DNA of 64,000 nt. It comes from Minisyncoccota bacterium. GTDB lineage: Bacteria > Patescibacteriota > Minisyncoccia > Phycocordibacterales > UBA9973. Every line of letters starts with the position of its first letter. The first letter of the stretch is position 1. The notes under the pieces were generated by a model. That model worked only from the letters and a program-made list of their open reading frames with translations, had not been told where the DNA came from and made no database searches. Of this stretch, positions 8,678 to 18,772 are shown piece by piece. The position numbers and the translations under genes were made by a program. The DNA is taken from assembly GCA_036517535.1 (NCBI GenBank), contig DATDVS010000028.1:295-64294 (forward strand), given 5' to 3'.

Positions 8678-10516
8678 ATGTGCGGAATAGTGGGATACAT
8701 AGGAAAAAGAGAAGCCTGGCCGATACTTATCAAAGGACTTGAACGTCTGGAGTATCGAGGCTATGACTCGGCCGGAGTCGCACTCCTCCAGAAAGGAGAA
8801 CTTTCAGTTTATAAAAAAGTCGGCAAGGTCAAAGAGCTTAAAAACTTCGTAAAAAATAAAAGTTTACATGAAACACTCGGCATTGCCCATACCCGCTGGG
8901 CAACCCATGGAGAGCCTTCGGACCGCAATGCTCACCCCCAAGTGTCCAATTCCGGAGATATTGCAATAGTCCACAATGGCATCATTGAAAATTATCTTGC
9001 TATAAAAAATGTACTCCTTCAAAAGGGTTACCAATTCCAGAGTGATACGGATACTGAAGTTTTATGCAACCTGATCGAAGAGGTCAAAAAAAGCGCGAAA
9101 GTTCCTGTTGATGAAGCCGTGCGACTGGCCTTGGGCAAGGTGGTGGGAGCTTATGCCATTGCCGTCATTTCCAAAGACGAGCCGAGGACTCTCATCATCG
9201 CAAGGAAAGGGTCGCCAGCGGTGGTGGGTATCGGCAAGGGTGAATTTTTTGTAGGATCAGATGCCACCCCGATCATCGAATATACAAAAAAAGTCGTGTA
9301 TCTCGAGGATGGTGAGATAGCGAGAATAAAAAATGGCAAGCTTACGGTCAAAACAATAGATAACAAAATAAAAAATCCTAAAATTAAAATTCTCGATATC
9401 AAGGTCGACGAACTGGAAAAAGGCGGGTTCCCTCATTTTATGTTGAAGGAGATATTCGAACAGCCCAGATCTATCAAGGACAGCATGCGTGGCCGCATAA
9501 ACAAAACCGGCTCGAGTGTAAAGTTGGGAGGAATCGAGGACCAGGAAACAAAAATTCTCAAAGCCAAGCGCATCATCATCCTCGCCTGCGGCACAAGCTT
9601 CCACGCCGGCCTGGAAGCGAAGTATTTTTTTGAAGAATTGGCGAAAATTCCCACCGATGTAGAATATGCCTCCGAATGGAGATATCGGGAGCCCGTAGTT
9701 TACAAAGATGATCTGGTACTAGTCATCTCTCAGTCGGGGGAGACAGCGGACACCTTGGCGGCTCTGGAGCTTGCAAAAAAGGAAGGGGCCACAGTGCTCG
9801 GAGTGTGCAATGTAGTCGGATCTTCCATTTCTCGCGCGACTCATGCTGGCATTTATACTCATGCGGGCCCGGAGATAGGAGTGGCCTCAACGAAAGCTTT
9901 CACCGCGCAGATCACCGTGCTTTTCCTTCTGTGCCTGTGGGTGGCCGCAAAAAAAGAAATATTAAATCAAAAGGAAATTAAGAAATACTTAACCGAGATT
10001 CAGAATATTCCAAACAAAGTCGAACAAGCGCTTTCAGGAAGCGAGGCAATAAAGAAAATCGCAAAGAAATTAAAAGGCCATAAAAATTTTGTCTTCCTCG
10101 GCCGCGGCTATGGATTCCCCCTAGCACTCGAAGGAGCTCTCAAGCTCAAAGAAATTTCTTACATTCATGCCGAAGGTTATGCTGCCGGGGAAATGAAGCA
10201 TGGGCCGATCGCATTGGTAGATAAAGATATGCCCGTGTTATTTATTGCAACTAAGGGCAGATCATATGAGAAGGTCATCAGCAACATGATGGAGGTAAAA
10301 GCGAGAAAGGGAATAATCGTTGCCATTATAACTGCCGGGGATAATCATGCCCGCACGCTCGCGGACTATGCCATCGAAATCCCGGAAACTCCCGATATTC
10401 TGGTACCCCTGGTTGCCTCTGTGTCGCTCCAACTCCTCGCTTATCACATGGCCTTCATACTGGGCAAAGACGTCGATAAGCCCCGCAATTTAGCTAAAAG
10501 CGTAACGGTGGAGTAA
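8678..10516 (+). CDS. glmS: glutamine--fructose-6-phosphate aminotransferase
   Basis: 612 aa. N-terminal MCGIVGY amidotransferase nucleophile, two SIS domains, C-terminal KSVTVE. Confidence 0.95.
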   Translation: MCGIVGYIGKREAWPILIKGLERLEYRGYDSAGVALLQKGELSVYKKVGKVKELKNFVKNKSLHETLGIAHTRWATHGEPSDRNAHPQVSNSGDIAIVHNGIIENYLAIKNVLLQKGYQFQSDTDTEVLCNLIEEVKKSAKVPVDEAVRLALGKVVGAYAIAVISKDEPRTLIIARKGSPAVVGIGKGEFFVGSDATPIIEYTKKVVYLEDGEIARIKNGKLTVKTIDNKIKNPKIKILDIKVDELEKGGFPHFMLKEIFEQPRSIKDSMRGRINKTGSSVKLGGIEDQETKILKAKRIIILACGTSFHAGLEAKYFFEELAKIPTDVEYASEWRYREPVVYKDDLVLVISQSGETADTLAALELAKKEGATVLGVCNVVGSSISRATHAGIYTHAGPEIGVASTKAFTAQITVLFLLCLWVAAKKEILNQKEIKKYLTEIQNIPNKVEQALSGSEAIKKIAKKLKGHKNFVFLGRGYGFPLALEGALKLKEISYIHAEGYAAGEMKHGPIALVDKDMPVLFIATKGRSYEKVISNMMEVKARKGIIVAIITAGDNHARTLADYAIEIPETPDILVPLVASVSLQLLAYHMAFILGKDVDKPRNLAKSVTVE

Positions 10517-10527
10517 TTATTGTTTAA

Positions 10528-10536
10528 TGTTATAGT
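10528..10536 (+). promoter_or_regulatory. extended -10 element (TGtTATAGT)
   Basis: Lies 6 nt upstream of the ATG at 10543. Confidence 0.4.
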
Positions 10537-10542
10537 AAATCT

Positions 10543-11277
10543 ATGGAAGAATTTAAATCGCCCGAACAAGTTTCCATAACTACTAGAGCAGCCATACTCG
10601 AAGATTTACCAATTTTGGGGAAGTTTTTAGAAAGACCGGAGATAGATTCGCTTTTTGTGCCACCTTTATCAGACCCCACCCGCGGAATAACTATCAAGGA
10701 CCGAGTGGGTAAAAAGATGGAACACGGAATGTGGATTATTGCTTTGCGGGAAGGCAAGGTAGTGGGGTGTATGGCGGTAGTGCCGGCTAAAATGGAGAAA
10801 GAACCTCATGCGCCAAAAGAAGCCAAGCATATATCATTAGGAATTTTCCTGGAGGGTTGGGATAAAGCAAAGCTTTGGGAGCTCTCGACAGTGGTAGTGG
10901 ATAAAGAACTTACGAAGAGTCTTAGAGTTAAAGGTATAGGTAAATCCCTTTTCGAAATGGCAAAAAAATGGGTGCGTGACAAAGGAGGACAACAGGGCCT
11001 TATCACTGATTCCTGGATTGGAGGAGAGATGGGTGGCTTTGTTATGGCAATGAATCGAAAAGATTACCATTTGCATCATCCAGAAAAAAAAACTGCACCG
11101 GATACTTTAATGAGAATATTTTCCGATCCTGCCAAAAGAGGAGAGGATGGCCCGCCTTCTGTTATATATGGAATTCCTTTAGACGATATTGATTGGCAAT
11201 ATTTTGAGGCCCGTCAATCATCTATAAGTGATCTAAGGCATGAATACGAGCGTTTAGAAAATGAACATAGTAAGTAA
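10543..11277 (+). CDS. hypothetical protein, GNAT-like acetyltransferase fold suspected
   Basis: 244 aa. The segment VVDKELTKSLRVKGIGKSLFEMAKKW resembles GNAT motif A. AT-rich gene. Confidence 0.4.
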   Translation: MEEFKSPEQVSITTRAAILEDLPILGKFLERPEIDSLFVPPLSDPTRGITIKDRVGKKMEHGMWIIALREGKVVGCMAVVPAKMEKEPHAPKEAKHISLGIFLEGWDKAKLWELSTVVVDKELTKSLRVKGIGKSLFEMAKKWVRDKGGQQGLITDSWIGGEMGGFVMAMNRKDYHLHHPEKKTAPDTLMRIFSDPAKRGEDGPPSVIYGIPLDDIDWQYFEARQSSISDLRHEYERLENEHSK

Positions 11278-11821
11278 ACCAATTAGCGTATCTATACCGC
11301 TAAAATTATACAACTCTGTACATATTGCGGATGCCACATCGAGAGACGGGGAGGTTTTTTATATTTTTTTAGGCCTTAATAAGGAAATGGTTACACAACT
11401 CAAAGAATATTCTTTAGATAAAAGCGACACGGATCTACAGAATAATACTTCCGACCGTAAACGTTTTGGAGAAGGGAAGTATGAAGACTGGTATAGAAAA
11501 GAAAGAACACCCTTTGCTCTAGTCCACAAGGAAACTAATAAGCTTGCGGCTTTAGTCTGGTTCGGTCCGAAACCCCTACTTTCAGATGGAAACAACTGGC
11601 AAGCCACTGCATGGCGAGCATACCCGCTTTTTCGAGGAAAAGGAATAATGAAAAACTTTACCGCCTTTGCCATGGATTTTTATAGGGAAAAGATTTCGGG
11701 CGTGAAATTTTGGGCTGTCTTAAAAAAAGAAAATACGGGTAGCGCGGGACTTGCCTCTAGTCTCGGATTTCAAATTCTTCCCGAAAAATCCGACGATGCG
11801 TCTATTGTAATGATTAAATAG
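11261..11821 (+). CDS. hypothetical protein, GNAT-like fold suspected
   Basis: 186 aa. The segment YPLFRGKGIMKNFTAFAMDFY resembles GNAT motif A. Overlaps the previous ORF by 17 nt. Confidence 0.4.
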   Translation: MNIVSKPISVSIPLKLYNSVHIADATSRDGEVFYIFLGLNKEMVTQLKEYSLDKSDTDLQNNTSDRKRFGEGKYEDWYRKERTPFALVHKETNKLAALVWFGPKPLLSDGNNWQATAWRAYPLFRGKGIMKNFTAFAMDFYREKISGVKFWAVLKKENTGSAGLASSLGFQILPEKSDDASIVMIK

Positions 11822-11866
11822 CCGTTGCTTTAAACGTTTTTCTGTACTACCATCAAGGTAAATCCT

Positions 11867-12841
11867 ATGAAAAAAATCGTAACGATCGGGGGCGGGACAG
11901 GTAGCTTCACTATTTTGTCCGGATTAAAGACTCTAGGGGACGTATCTATTTCGGCGATCGTTTCCATGGCGGACGATGGTGGGTCGACGGGGGTATTACG
12001 CGATGAATTGGGCGTCCTTCCTTCCGGAGATGTCAGGCAGTGTCTTGTGGCGTTATCTTTTCACACAGACACCGTGCGTGAACTCATAAACTATCGGTTT
12101 GGGGCGGGTGGTTTGGCGGGGCATAGTTTTGGCAATTTATTTCTTGCGGCTCTAGAGAAGGTGACGGGGAATTTCGTCAAAGGTGTAGAGGTAGCTTCGG
12201 ATATCTTAAAAGTAAGCGGCAGGGTTATACCGGTTACTGAAAATTCCGCCAAGCTCATCATCGAGCTCAAGGACGGCTCCATAATAAAGGGGGAGAATAA
12301 AATCAATCATGCGGATTTTGCTCAACGTGGAATAAAGAAAATTTATTATAAACCCGATGTCCTGCTTAATGGAAGCGCCCGAAAAGCGATCCTGGAAGCC
12401 GACTACATTATTTTAGGTCCAGGAAATTACTACTGCTCGGTAATTCCTAATTTGATTGTTAATGGTTTTAAGAATACCCTCAAAAAAAGCAGGGCAAAAA
12501 TAATCTTTCCCGTCAACTTGACTAATAAGCATGGGCACAACAAAGGCTGGACGGTAAGTCGTTATGTGGAGAATATTGAAGGATATCTGGGCAGAAAGGT
12601 GGATATAATTTTAATTAATAGTAAAAAACCAAACAAAGAGCAGATGGAAGCCTATGAGCTGGAAGAAGGAGAGGGTGTAGTGATATCCGACGATACGAAG
12701 GACAAGAGAATAATCCGGGCGGATATAATTTCCAGTAAAGTCTACAAAAGAAAGAAAGCAGATAAATTTTCTGTCGTGAGGGGTTTTATCCGTCATGACC
12801 CAAAAAAACTAGCGGATCTAATAGCTAAAATCATTAAATAA
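11867..12841 (+). CDS. YvcK / CofD-family gluconeogenesis factor-like protein
   Basis: 324 aa. IGGGTGSFTILSGLK and MADDGGSTGVLRDE...GDVRQCLVAL are typical of the family. Confidence 0.85.
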   Translation: MKKIVTIGGGTGSFTILSGLKTLGDVSISAIVSMADDGGSTGVLRDELGVLPSGDVRQCLVALSFHTDTVRELINYRFGAGGLAGHSFGNLFLAALEKVTGNFVKGVEVASDILKVSGRVIPVTENSAKLIIELKDGSIIKGENKINHADFAQRGIKKIYYKPDVLLNGSARKAILEADYIILGPGNYYCSVIPNLIVNGFKNTLKKSRAKIIFPVNLTNKHGHNKGWTVSRYVENIEGYLGRKVDIILINSKKPNKEQMEAYELEEGEGVVISDDTKDKRIIRADIISSKVYKRKKADKFSVVRGFIRHDPKKLADLIAKIIK

Positions 12842-12944
12842 GGCGAAATTAGCCCAATTGGTATTTTTAGAAATATATGTTATTATGATAATGACATTTT
12901 AAAAGGCCGCAAGGGCTTTTTTCGTCTGTAAAGAAGAAATACAT

Positions 12945-14750
12945 ATGGAAATCAGAAACATAGCAATTATAGCGCACGTGGACCACGGCAAGACGACCTT
13001 GACCGATGCGCTCATGAAGCAAAATGGAGGACTCCAGGATGAGGGGCTATCCATGGACTCAAACGCTCTGGAGAAAGAGCGGGGTATTACCATTTACTCC
13101 AAAAACACGTCGATCACCTACAAGGGCACAAAGATAAACATCGTGGATACTCCAGGGCACGCGGACTTCGGCTCCGAGGTGGAGCGGGTGCTCCGAGCCA
13201 TCGATTCAGTGCTTCTACTTGTGGACGCAGTGGAGGGGCCGATGCCGCAGACGCGTTTCGTGCTGAAAAAGTCCCTCGAGCTGGGCCTGAAGCCCATCGT
13301 AGTGATAAACAAGATCGACAAGCCGGCGGCGGATCCAGAGCGGGTGCATGATGAGGTACTGACATTATTTTTTGAACTCGGGGCAAGCGAGGAACAGGCC
13401 AATTTCGATACAGTGTATGCCATCGGCCGCGAAGGGAAGGCCTTCAAGCATCTGGGCGACGACTCCAAGGATCTGTCCCCGCTCCTCGACCTGATTTTAG
13501 AAAAAGTAAAAAATGCCGACGTGGACGAAGGCGGCAAAATGTCCGCCCAAGTATTCAATTTAGCCTATGACAATTTCCTTGGCCGCATGGCTATAGCCCG
13601 TATTTACTCTGGGAAAGTAACAAGCGGTTCGCAAGTACTGGTGAAGGGCCGAGAGGGCAACCGTACCGGTAAAATTACTAAACTTTTTACCTTCGAAGGC
13701 ATTACTCGTAAAGAAGTCGCGGAGGCCACTTCCGGCGATATCGTGCTGCTCGCCGGAATTCCCGACATCTATATCGGCGAAACTCTCTGCGCGGATGAAT
13801 CCGTGCCGGCTCTGCCTGCCATCGCCATCGACGAGCCGACCCTTTCCCTCCATTTTCTGGTCAATGATTCTCCATATGCCGGCAAAGAAGGTAAATTTGT
13901 CACTTCACGACAAATTAAGGAACGATTGGAAAAGGAACTTGAAATAAATGTAGGCCTCAAAGTGGATTTTTCTCCCGACCAGGGTGTAAATAAGTCCGGC
14001 CCCAGCTTTTTTAAAGTTTACGGCCGGGGCGAGCTCCACGTCGCAATCCTACTTGAGAACATGCGGCGCGAGGGGTTCGAGATGCAGGTATCCCAGCCGG
14101 AAGTAATCATCAAGGAGGAAGGGGGAATCAAAGTAGAGCCGTATGAAGAGCTGGTGATCGACGTGCCGATGGAATCATCCGGGGCCGTGATCGAGAAGAT
14201 CGGCAAGCGCCGCGGCATCATGAAGGATATGCTGGAGAAGAAGGGGATCGCCCGAATCATTTTCGACATTCCCACCCGGGGACTCTTGGGTTACCGGGGA
14301 GAATTTATAGTGGATACAAAGGGTGAGGGCATCATGTCTTCCCGGGTTACCGGCTTTCGGGATTTTGCCGGTGAGATTAAAAAAAGGGAATACGGCTCAA
14401 TGACCTCAATGATCTCCGGCAAGGCAGTGGCTTTCGCCCTTGCAAATTTACAAGAACGTGGTATATTATATATAGGACACGGAACGGAAGTTTATGAGGG
14501 GATGGTCATCGGCAATGTGCTCAAGGGCGAGGATATGGTGGTGAACCCCACAAAAGGGAAACAGCTCACCAATATGCGCGCTTCCGGTACGGATGAAGCC
14601 ATTTATCTGAATCCTCCTTTCACCCTGTCCATCGAGCGAGGCCTCGAGGTCATGAATGGGGATGAATACCTGGAAATTACACCGCAATCGGTCCGGCTGC
14701 GCAAAAAATATCTGACAGAAGTTGATCGCTCAAGGGCGAAGAGGAGCTAG
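12945..14750 (+). CDS. typA: translational GTPase TypA/BipA
   Basis: 601 aa. [23 protein letters not shown] and GRGELH motifs, with BipA-type C-terminal domains. Confidence 0.95.
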   Translation: MEIRNIAIIAHVDHGKTTLTDALMKQNGGLQDEGLSMDSNALEKERGITIYSKNTSITYKGTKINIVDTPGHADFGSEVERVLRAIDSVLLLVDAVEGPMPQTRFVLKKSLELGLKPIVVINKIDKPAADPERVHDEVLTLFFELGASEEQANFDTVYAIGREGKAFKHLGDDSKDLSPLLDLILEKVKNADVDEGGKMSAQVFNLAYDNFLGRMAIARIYSGKVTSGSQVLVKGREGNRTGKITKLFTFEGITRKEVAEATSGDIVLLAGIPDIYIGETLCADESVPALPAIAIDEPTLSLHFLVNDSPYAGKEGKFVTSRQIKERLEKELEINVGLKVDFSPDQGVNKSGPSFFKVYGRGELHVAILLENMRREGFEMQVSQPEVIIKEEGGIKVEPYEELVIDVPMESSGAVIEKIGKRRGIMKDMLEKKGIARIIFDIPTRGLLGYRGEFIVDTKGEGIMSSRVTGFRDFAGEIKKREYGSMTSMISGKAVAFALANLQERGILYIGHGTEVYEGMVIGNVLKGEDMVVNPTKGKQLTNMRASGTDEAIYLNPPFTLSIERGLEVMNGDEYLEITPQSVRLRKKYLTEVDRSRAKRS

Positions 14751-14774
14751 AGATCAATTACCAGGGCCTTTAAT

Positions 14775-14802
14775 TTGACAACAGTTTCAAAAAATGTACA
14801 AT
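14775..14802 (+). promoter_or_regulatory. sigma70-type promoter
   Basis: TTGACA, 16 nt, TACAAT, then 13 nt to the ATG at 14816. Confidence 0.5.
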
Positions 14803-14815
14803 TAGAACTAATTTT

Positions 14816-15844
14816 ATGCCGACGATATCATTTAAACCAAAACAAGTCACAAAGAAAATAACTTCGCATCTCCATGAACGCGCAAGCGATGTTATCATGA
14901 GCCGTTTTGGATTGAATGCAGACGGAAAAAAGAAAACTCTGGAAGAGATAGGTAAAAAATACGGCATCACCCGCGAGCGAGTGCGCCAGGTGGAGGATGC
15001 GGCCATTCACTCGATCAAAAAGTCCGAGGCCTACAAGCGCGAACACGCGGTTTTCGAAGAGTTGAAGCAGTTGATACATTCTCTCGGTGCGATCGTGGCC
15101 GAGTACCAGCTTCTCGCGCATGTTTCCAAAGACAAGGCGACCCAGAATCACATTCATTTCTATCTTGAATTGGGTGATGCTTTTAAAAAGCACCGTGAAG
15201 ACGAGCATTTTCATGCGCGCTACAGCGTGGATGATGGGGTGGCGGATAAAATCCACGACTCGCTGCGCAAGCTCTATGCCAGCCTAAGCGACGAAGACTT
15301 GATACCGGAAACGGAAATGATCAAAAAGTTTTTTGACCAGATGAAGGACGTGGCCGAAAAGTATCGCAATGAGGAGATGGCCAAGCGCTGGCTCTCTATG
15401 TCGAAGATCATAGGCAAGAATGCTCTCGGTGAATGGGGCAAAGCCACTTCGCCGAATATACACACCCGCGGGGTGAAGGATTACGCGTTCCTGGTGATGA
15501 GGAAGCACGGATCCCCGATGCATTTCCGGGAAGTGGCCGACTCCATAACTAAAACTTTCAGCAAGAAGACTCACTATGCCACCTGCCACAATGAATTGAT
15601 TAAAGACCCGAGGTTCATCCTGGTCGGCCGCGGCATGTACGCGCTCGCTGAATGGGGCTACAAGGCGGGGATTGCCCGTTCCGTGATCAAAGATATTCTA
15701 AAAAAGGAAGGTCCGCTTTCAAAAGAGGATGTGGTCAACCGCGTCATGAAGGAGCGGTATTTCAAAAAGAATACTATTCTGGTAAACCTGGCTAATCCTA
15801 AATATTTCAAAAAGAACAAGAATGGCCTATATACCGCCGCCTAG
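14816..15844 (+). CDS. sigma-70 region-4-like HTH protein with a C-terminal HARE-HTH-like domain
   Basis: 342 aa. LEEIGKKYGITRERVRQVEDAAIHSIKK matches a sigma region 4.2 HTH. C-terminal HFREVADSI...FILVGRGMYALAEWG resembles the RpoE-delta/HARE-HTH domain. Confidence 0.55.
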   Translation: MPTISFKPKQVTKKITSHLHERASDVIMSRFGLNADGKKKTLEEIGKKYGITRERVRQVEDAAIHSIKKSEAYKREHAVFEELKQLIHSLGAIVAEYQLLAHVSKDKATQNHIHFYLELGDAFKKHREDEHFHARYSVDDGVADKIHDSLRKLYASLSDEDLIPETEMIKKFFDQMKDVAEKYRNEEMAKRWLSMSKIIGKNALGEWGKATSPNIHTRGVKDYAFLVMRKHGSPMHFREVADSITKTFSKKTHYATCHNELIKDPRFILVGRGMYALAEWGYKAGIARSVIKDILKKEGPLSKEDVVNRVMKERYFKKNTILVNLANPKYFKKNKNGLYTAA

Positions 15845-17323
15845 GTGGTGTATAATGTTTCCATGGAAGAAAGAGAAGGCATAACAGCGTTTGAAAAAAT
15901 ACTGGCGGTAATCCTCATTATTCTCGGCCTGACTGTCATTTTCCCCGGCCTTGTTAATGTCCGCAATTTCGATCCGATAATTTATTTTTTCTACAAGATC
16001 CTAATCGGCCTCTTGCCCATACTCGGCACCATCGTCCTGGGCCGCATCGCCTGGAAGATGTGGGTGCACTACATACGCCAGGATTTCATTTCCGGGATCG
16101 AATTCGTCCTACTTGAAATCATACCTCCGCGCGAGGTGGAACGCAGTCCAAAAGCGATGGAGCTTTTTATAACCAATGCACTTTTTCACTGGAGTATGAA
16201 AGGAGGCAGGGAGGAATACTGGCAGGGAGCGGTGTGGTTCTGGTTTTCGCTCGAGATAGCCTCGATCGAGGGCCAGGTTCATTTCTATATTCGTACCCCT
16301 TCGCGCATCAGGGGGCTCATCGAGACGCAAATGTACGCGCAGTACCCGCAGGCACAGGTCAGGCTGGTCGAGGATTACACCCTGGCGGTGGATGAGATAA
16401 CACCACAGGGCGCCTGGAATGGATGGGGCTGTGAATTCCGACTCAATAAACCGGAAGCATATCCGCTCAAAACTTATGTAGACTTCGGACTCGACGAAGA
16501 CCCGAAAGAAGAATACAAAGTTGATCCCATCTCGCCGGTGGTAGAATTTTTCGGCTCTTTAAGTAAGGGCGAGCAGGCCTGGATGCAGATCGTTGTTACG
16601 CCATCTAAAAAGACCTGGAAAACGAAAGGCACTTGGTTTGGTAAGCACGACTGGATAAAAGAATCAGAAGTGCAAATAAGAAGGATGCTCGAACCCTACA
16701 CTCGTCTGCACGTTCGCGCCCCAGACGGACCCAAGCTGGCTGGAGGTGCTTATTCGCTGGAAATCCGCGCACCAGACTTCCTCAAAAATGTGCAAGCCGC
16801 CATGAGCGCCAAGAGCGCCAAGCTCGGATTCGAAACGGGCATTCGCGTGATGTATGTCGCCAAAAAGGAGGTATTTCATGTGGGGCGCAGAACCAATAGT
16901 TCCCGTGATATACGCCTTATTTTCCGCCAATATGCCAAGCCTGATTGTAATGAGCTTATGCGTTTTAATTCTGCGCAGGGGGATGCACTGGGCAGCTCCA
17001 TATTGGGATTATCGAAAGAGCAGGTGATGATACTCGCAAATAGAATGCTCCATGAATACCGTGAGCGGGCTTTTTATCATTTACCCCTGCGCCATCATCT
17101 TTTCCATGAACACACTTTCCTCCTAGCTTCGCACTGGACCCGCGCCTGGTATATGTTCGTGGTGAAAAAGTTCTTTCTGCCTTACATCCATCATCAAACG
17201 TATGTGCTCAATGTCGAAGAGTTGGCGACTCTCTGGCACTTCCCGGGCCAGATACTCAAAGTTCCTACACTCGAGCGCATCGAGTCCAAGGAAGCTTCGC
17301 CGCCTACCAACTTGCCTACATAA
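15845..17323 (+). CDS. hypothetical membrane protein (two N-terminal TM helices plus a large soluble domain)
   Basis: 492 aa with a GTG start (an ATG lies 6 codons later). TM helices ILAVILIILGLTVIFPGLV and ILIGLLPILGTIVLGRIAW. No family recognised. Confidence 0.5.
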   Translation: MVYNVSMEEREGITAFEKILAVILIILGLTVIFPGLVNVRNFDPIIYFFYKILIGLLPILGTIVLGRIAWKMWVHYIRQDFISGIEFVLLEIIPPREVERSPKAMELFITNALFHWSMKGGREEYWQGAVWFWFSLEIASIEGQVHFYIRTPSRIRGLIETQMYAQYPQAQVRLVEDYTLAVDEITPQGAWNGWGCEFRLNKPEAYPLKTYVDFGLDEDPKEEYKVDPISPVVEFFGSLSKGEQAWMQIVVTPSKKTWKTKGTWFGKHDWIKESEVQIRRMLEPYTRLHVRAPDGPKLAGGAYSLEIRAPDFLKNVQAAMSAKSAKLGFETGIRVMYVAKKEVFHVGRRTNSSRDIRLIFRQYAKPDCNELMRFNSAQGDALGSSILGLSKEQVMILANRMLHEYRERAFYHLPLRHHLFHEHTFLLASHWTRAWYMFVVKKFFLPYIHHQTYVLNVEELATLWHFPGQILKVPTLERIESKEASPPTNLPT

Positions 17324-17328
17324 ATATT

Positions 17329-18228
17329 ATGGAAGATGTTCCACCGCTAAAAAAGAAAAAGGTTGTCTTTCGTATTGCGAGCATCGTAGTCTTTTTCCTC
17401 TTGGTGCACCTCCTATTCCTCGCCGCGCCTAAAACCTTTCCTCTAAACAAGATCATCAGTATTGATCAGGGGGCCGGCCTAAGAAGCGTTTCTCTGAAAT
17501 TAAAAAGCGAGCGGGTGATCCGGTCGCGGATCGCATTTGAAACGTTTGTGATGTTCTACGGAGGCGAGGGCCACATAATAGCGACCGATTATCTGTTCGA
17601 AAATAGGGAGCCGGTATACATCGTTGCCCGCCGCATTGCCAGGGGCGAGTCAAATTTGGCGCCGATGAAGATCACCATCCCGGAGGGTTTCAACACAGAG
17701 GATATCGCAAACATTTTTGCATCGCGCCTGATGAATTTCAACAAAGAAGAATTTTTATTTGAAGCGAGAAGCAAAGAGGGGTACCTCTTTCCGGACACTT
17801 ATTTTTTCCTCACCACCGCCACCGAGGGGGATGTAATAAGGGTGCTCAGTGAAAACTTTGAGAAGAAATTCGCTCCGCTTCGGCCTAAAATCGCAAGTCT
17901 CAAAAAAACGGAAAAAGATATCATCATTATGGCCTCACTTCTCGAGCGGGAGGCGGAGGGCGACACCGACCGCGAATTCATTTCCGGAATTTTATGGAAA
18001 AGAGTAATGCTCGGCATGCCGCTCCAGGTGGACGCGGCGCTGGAAACTTACAAAACGAAAGGACTGCCAAAAAATCCCATTTCCAATCCCGGCCTCAAAG
18101 CTATCAATGCCGCAATTTACCCGAAAAGTTCCAACTACCTTTATTATCTCCACGACAAGGACGGCGTGGTGCATTACGCGAAGAATTTCGCCGAACACCG
18201 GGCTAATGTGGAGAAATATTTAAAGTAA
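17329..18228 (+). CDS. mltG: endolytic murein transglycosylase MltG (YceG-like)
   Basis: 299 aa. N-terminal TM helix and the YceG motifs GYLFPDTYFF and ASLLEREA. Confidence 0.85.
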   Translation: MEDVPPLKKKKVVFRIASIVVFFLLVHLLFLAAPKTFPLNKIISIDQGAGLRSVSLKLKSERVIRSRIAFETFVMFYGGEGHIIATDYLFENREPVYIVARRIARGESNLAPMKITIPEGFNTEDIANIFASRLMNFNKEEFLFEARSKEGYLFPDTYFFLTTATEGDVIRVLSENFEKKFAPLRPKIASLKKTEKDIIIMASLLEREAEGDTDREFISGILWKRVMLGMPLQVDAALETYKTKGLPKNPISNPGLKAINAAIYPKSSNYLYYLHDKDGVVHYAKNFAEHRANVEKYLK

Positions 18229-18235
18229 AAATACC

Positions 18236-18763
18236 ATGCGCGACCACAATCTAGCCTTCATCGACATAGAAGCTACCGGACTCGATGTTATCCGGCATGA
18301 AATAATCGAGATAGGCTGCGTGATTACCACGCCCGGCTTTAAAGTCATCGAAGAATTTGAGATTAAAATAAAGCCGGAGCGCATCGAGGATGCCGACCCG
18401 ACCGCACTTAAGGTAAACGGCTATGATCCGGAGAATTGGACGAAAGCCGCTGTGCTGCCTAAAGCAATCAAAAAATTTTCCGAAAAAGTCAAAGGTTGCA
18501 TCATGGTCGGGCACAATGTCGCCTTCGACGCGGCCTTCCTGGAGCATGCTTTTGCTAAGCTTGGAATGAAAAACACCCTGCATTACCACCGGCTGGATAC
18601 CGTTTCCATAGCCTGGGCCAAGCTCCACCGGGCGCCGGACCTGGAGCATTTTTCGCTGCGCGAACTTTGCGTCCGCTTTGGGATAAGCAATCCGCGGGCG
18701 CATACCGCCCTTTCCGATGCGCGGGCGACCTTCGAGCTTTACAAAAAGTTGATGAGTCTGTAA
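18236..18763 (+). CDS. DEDDh 3'-5' exonuclease (DnaQ/epsilon-like)
   Basis: 175 aa. Exo motifs FIDIEATGLD, GHNVAFDAAFL and HTALSDARAT. Confidence 0.8.
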   Translation: MRDHNLAFIDIEATGLDVIRHEIIEIGCVITTPGFKVIEEFEIKIKPERIEDADPTALKVNGYDPENWTKAAVLPKAIKKFSEKVKGCIMVGHNVAFDAAFLEHAFAKLGMKNTLHYHRLDTVSIAWAKLHRAPDLEHFSLRELCVRFGISNPRAHTALSDARATFELYKKLMSL

Positions 18764-18772
18764 ATTGATTTC

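Noticed and set aside
13970-14020. Possible decayed family B element in typA (CCCGACCAGGGTG...GTCCGGCCCC, peptide [11 protein letters not shown]).
   Set aside because: No convincing inverted repeat remains, so I cannot distinguish it from ordinary coding sequence without an ortholog alignment.
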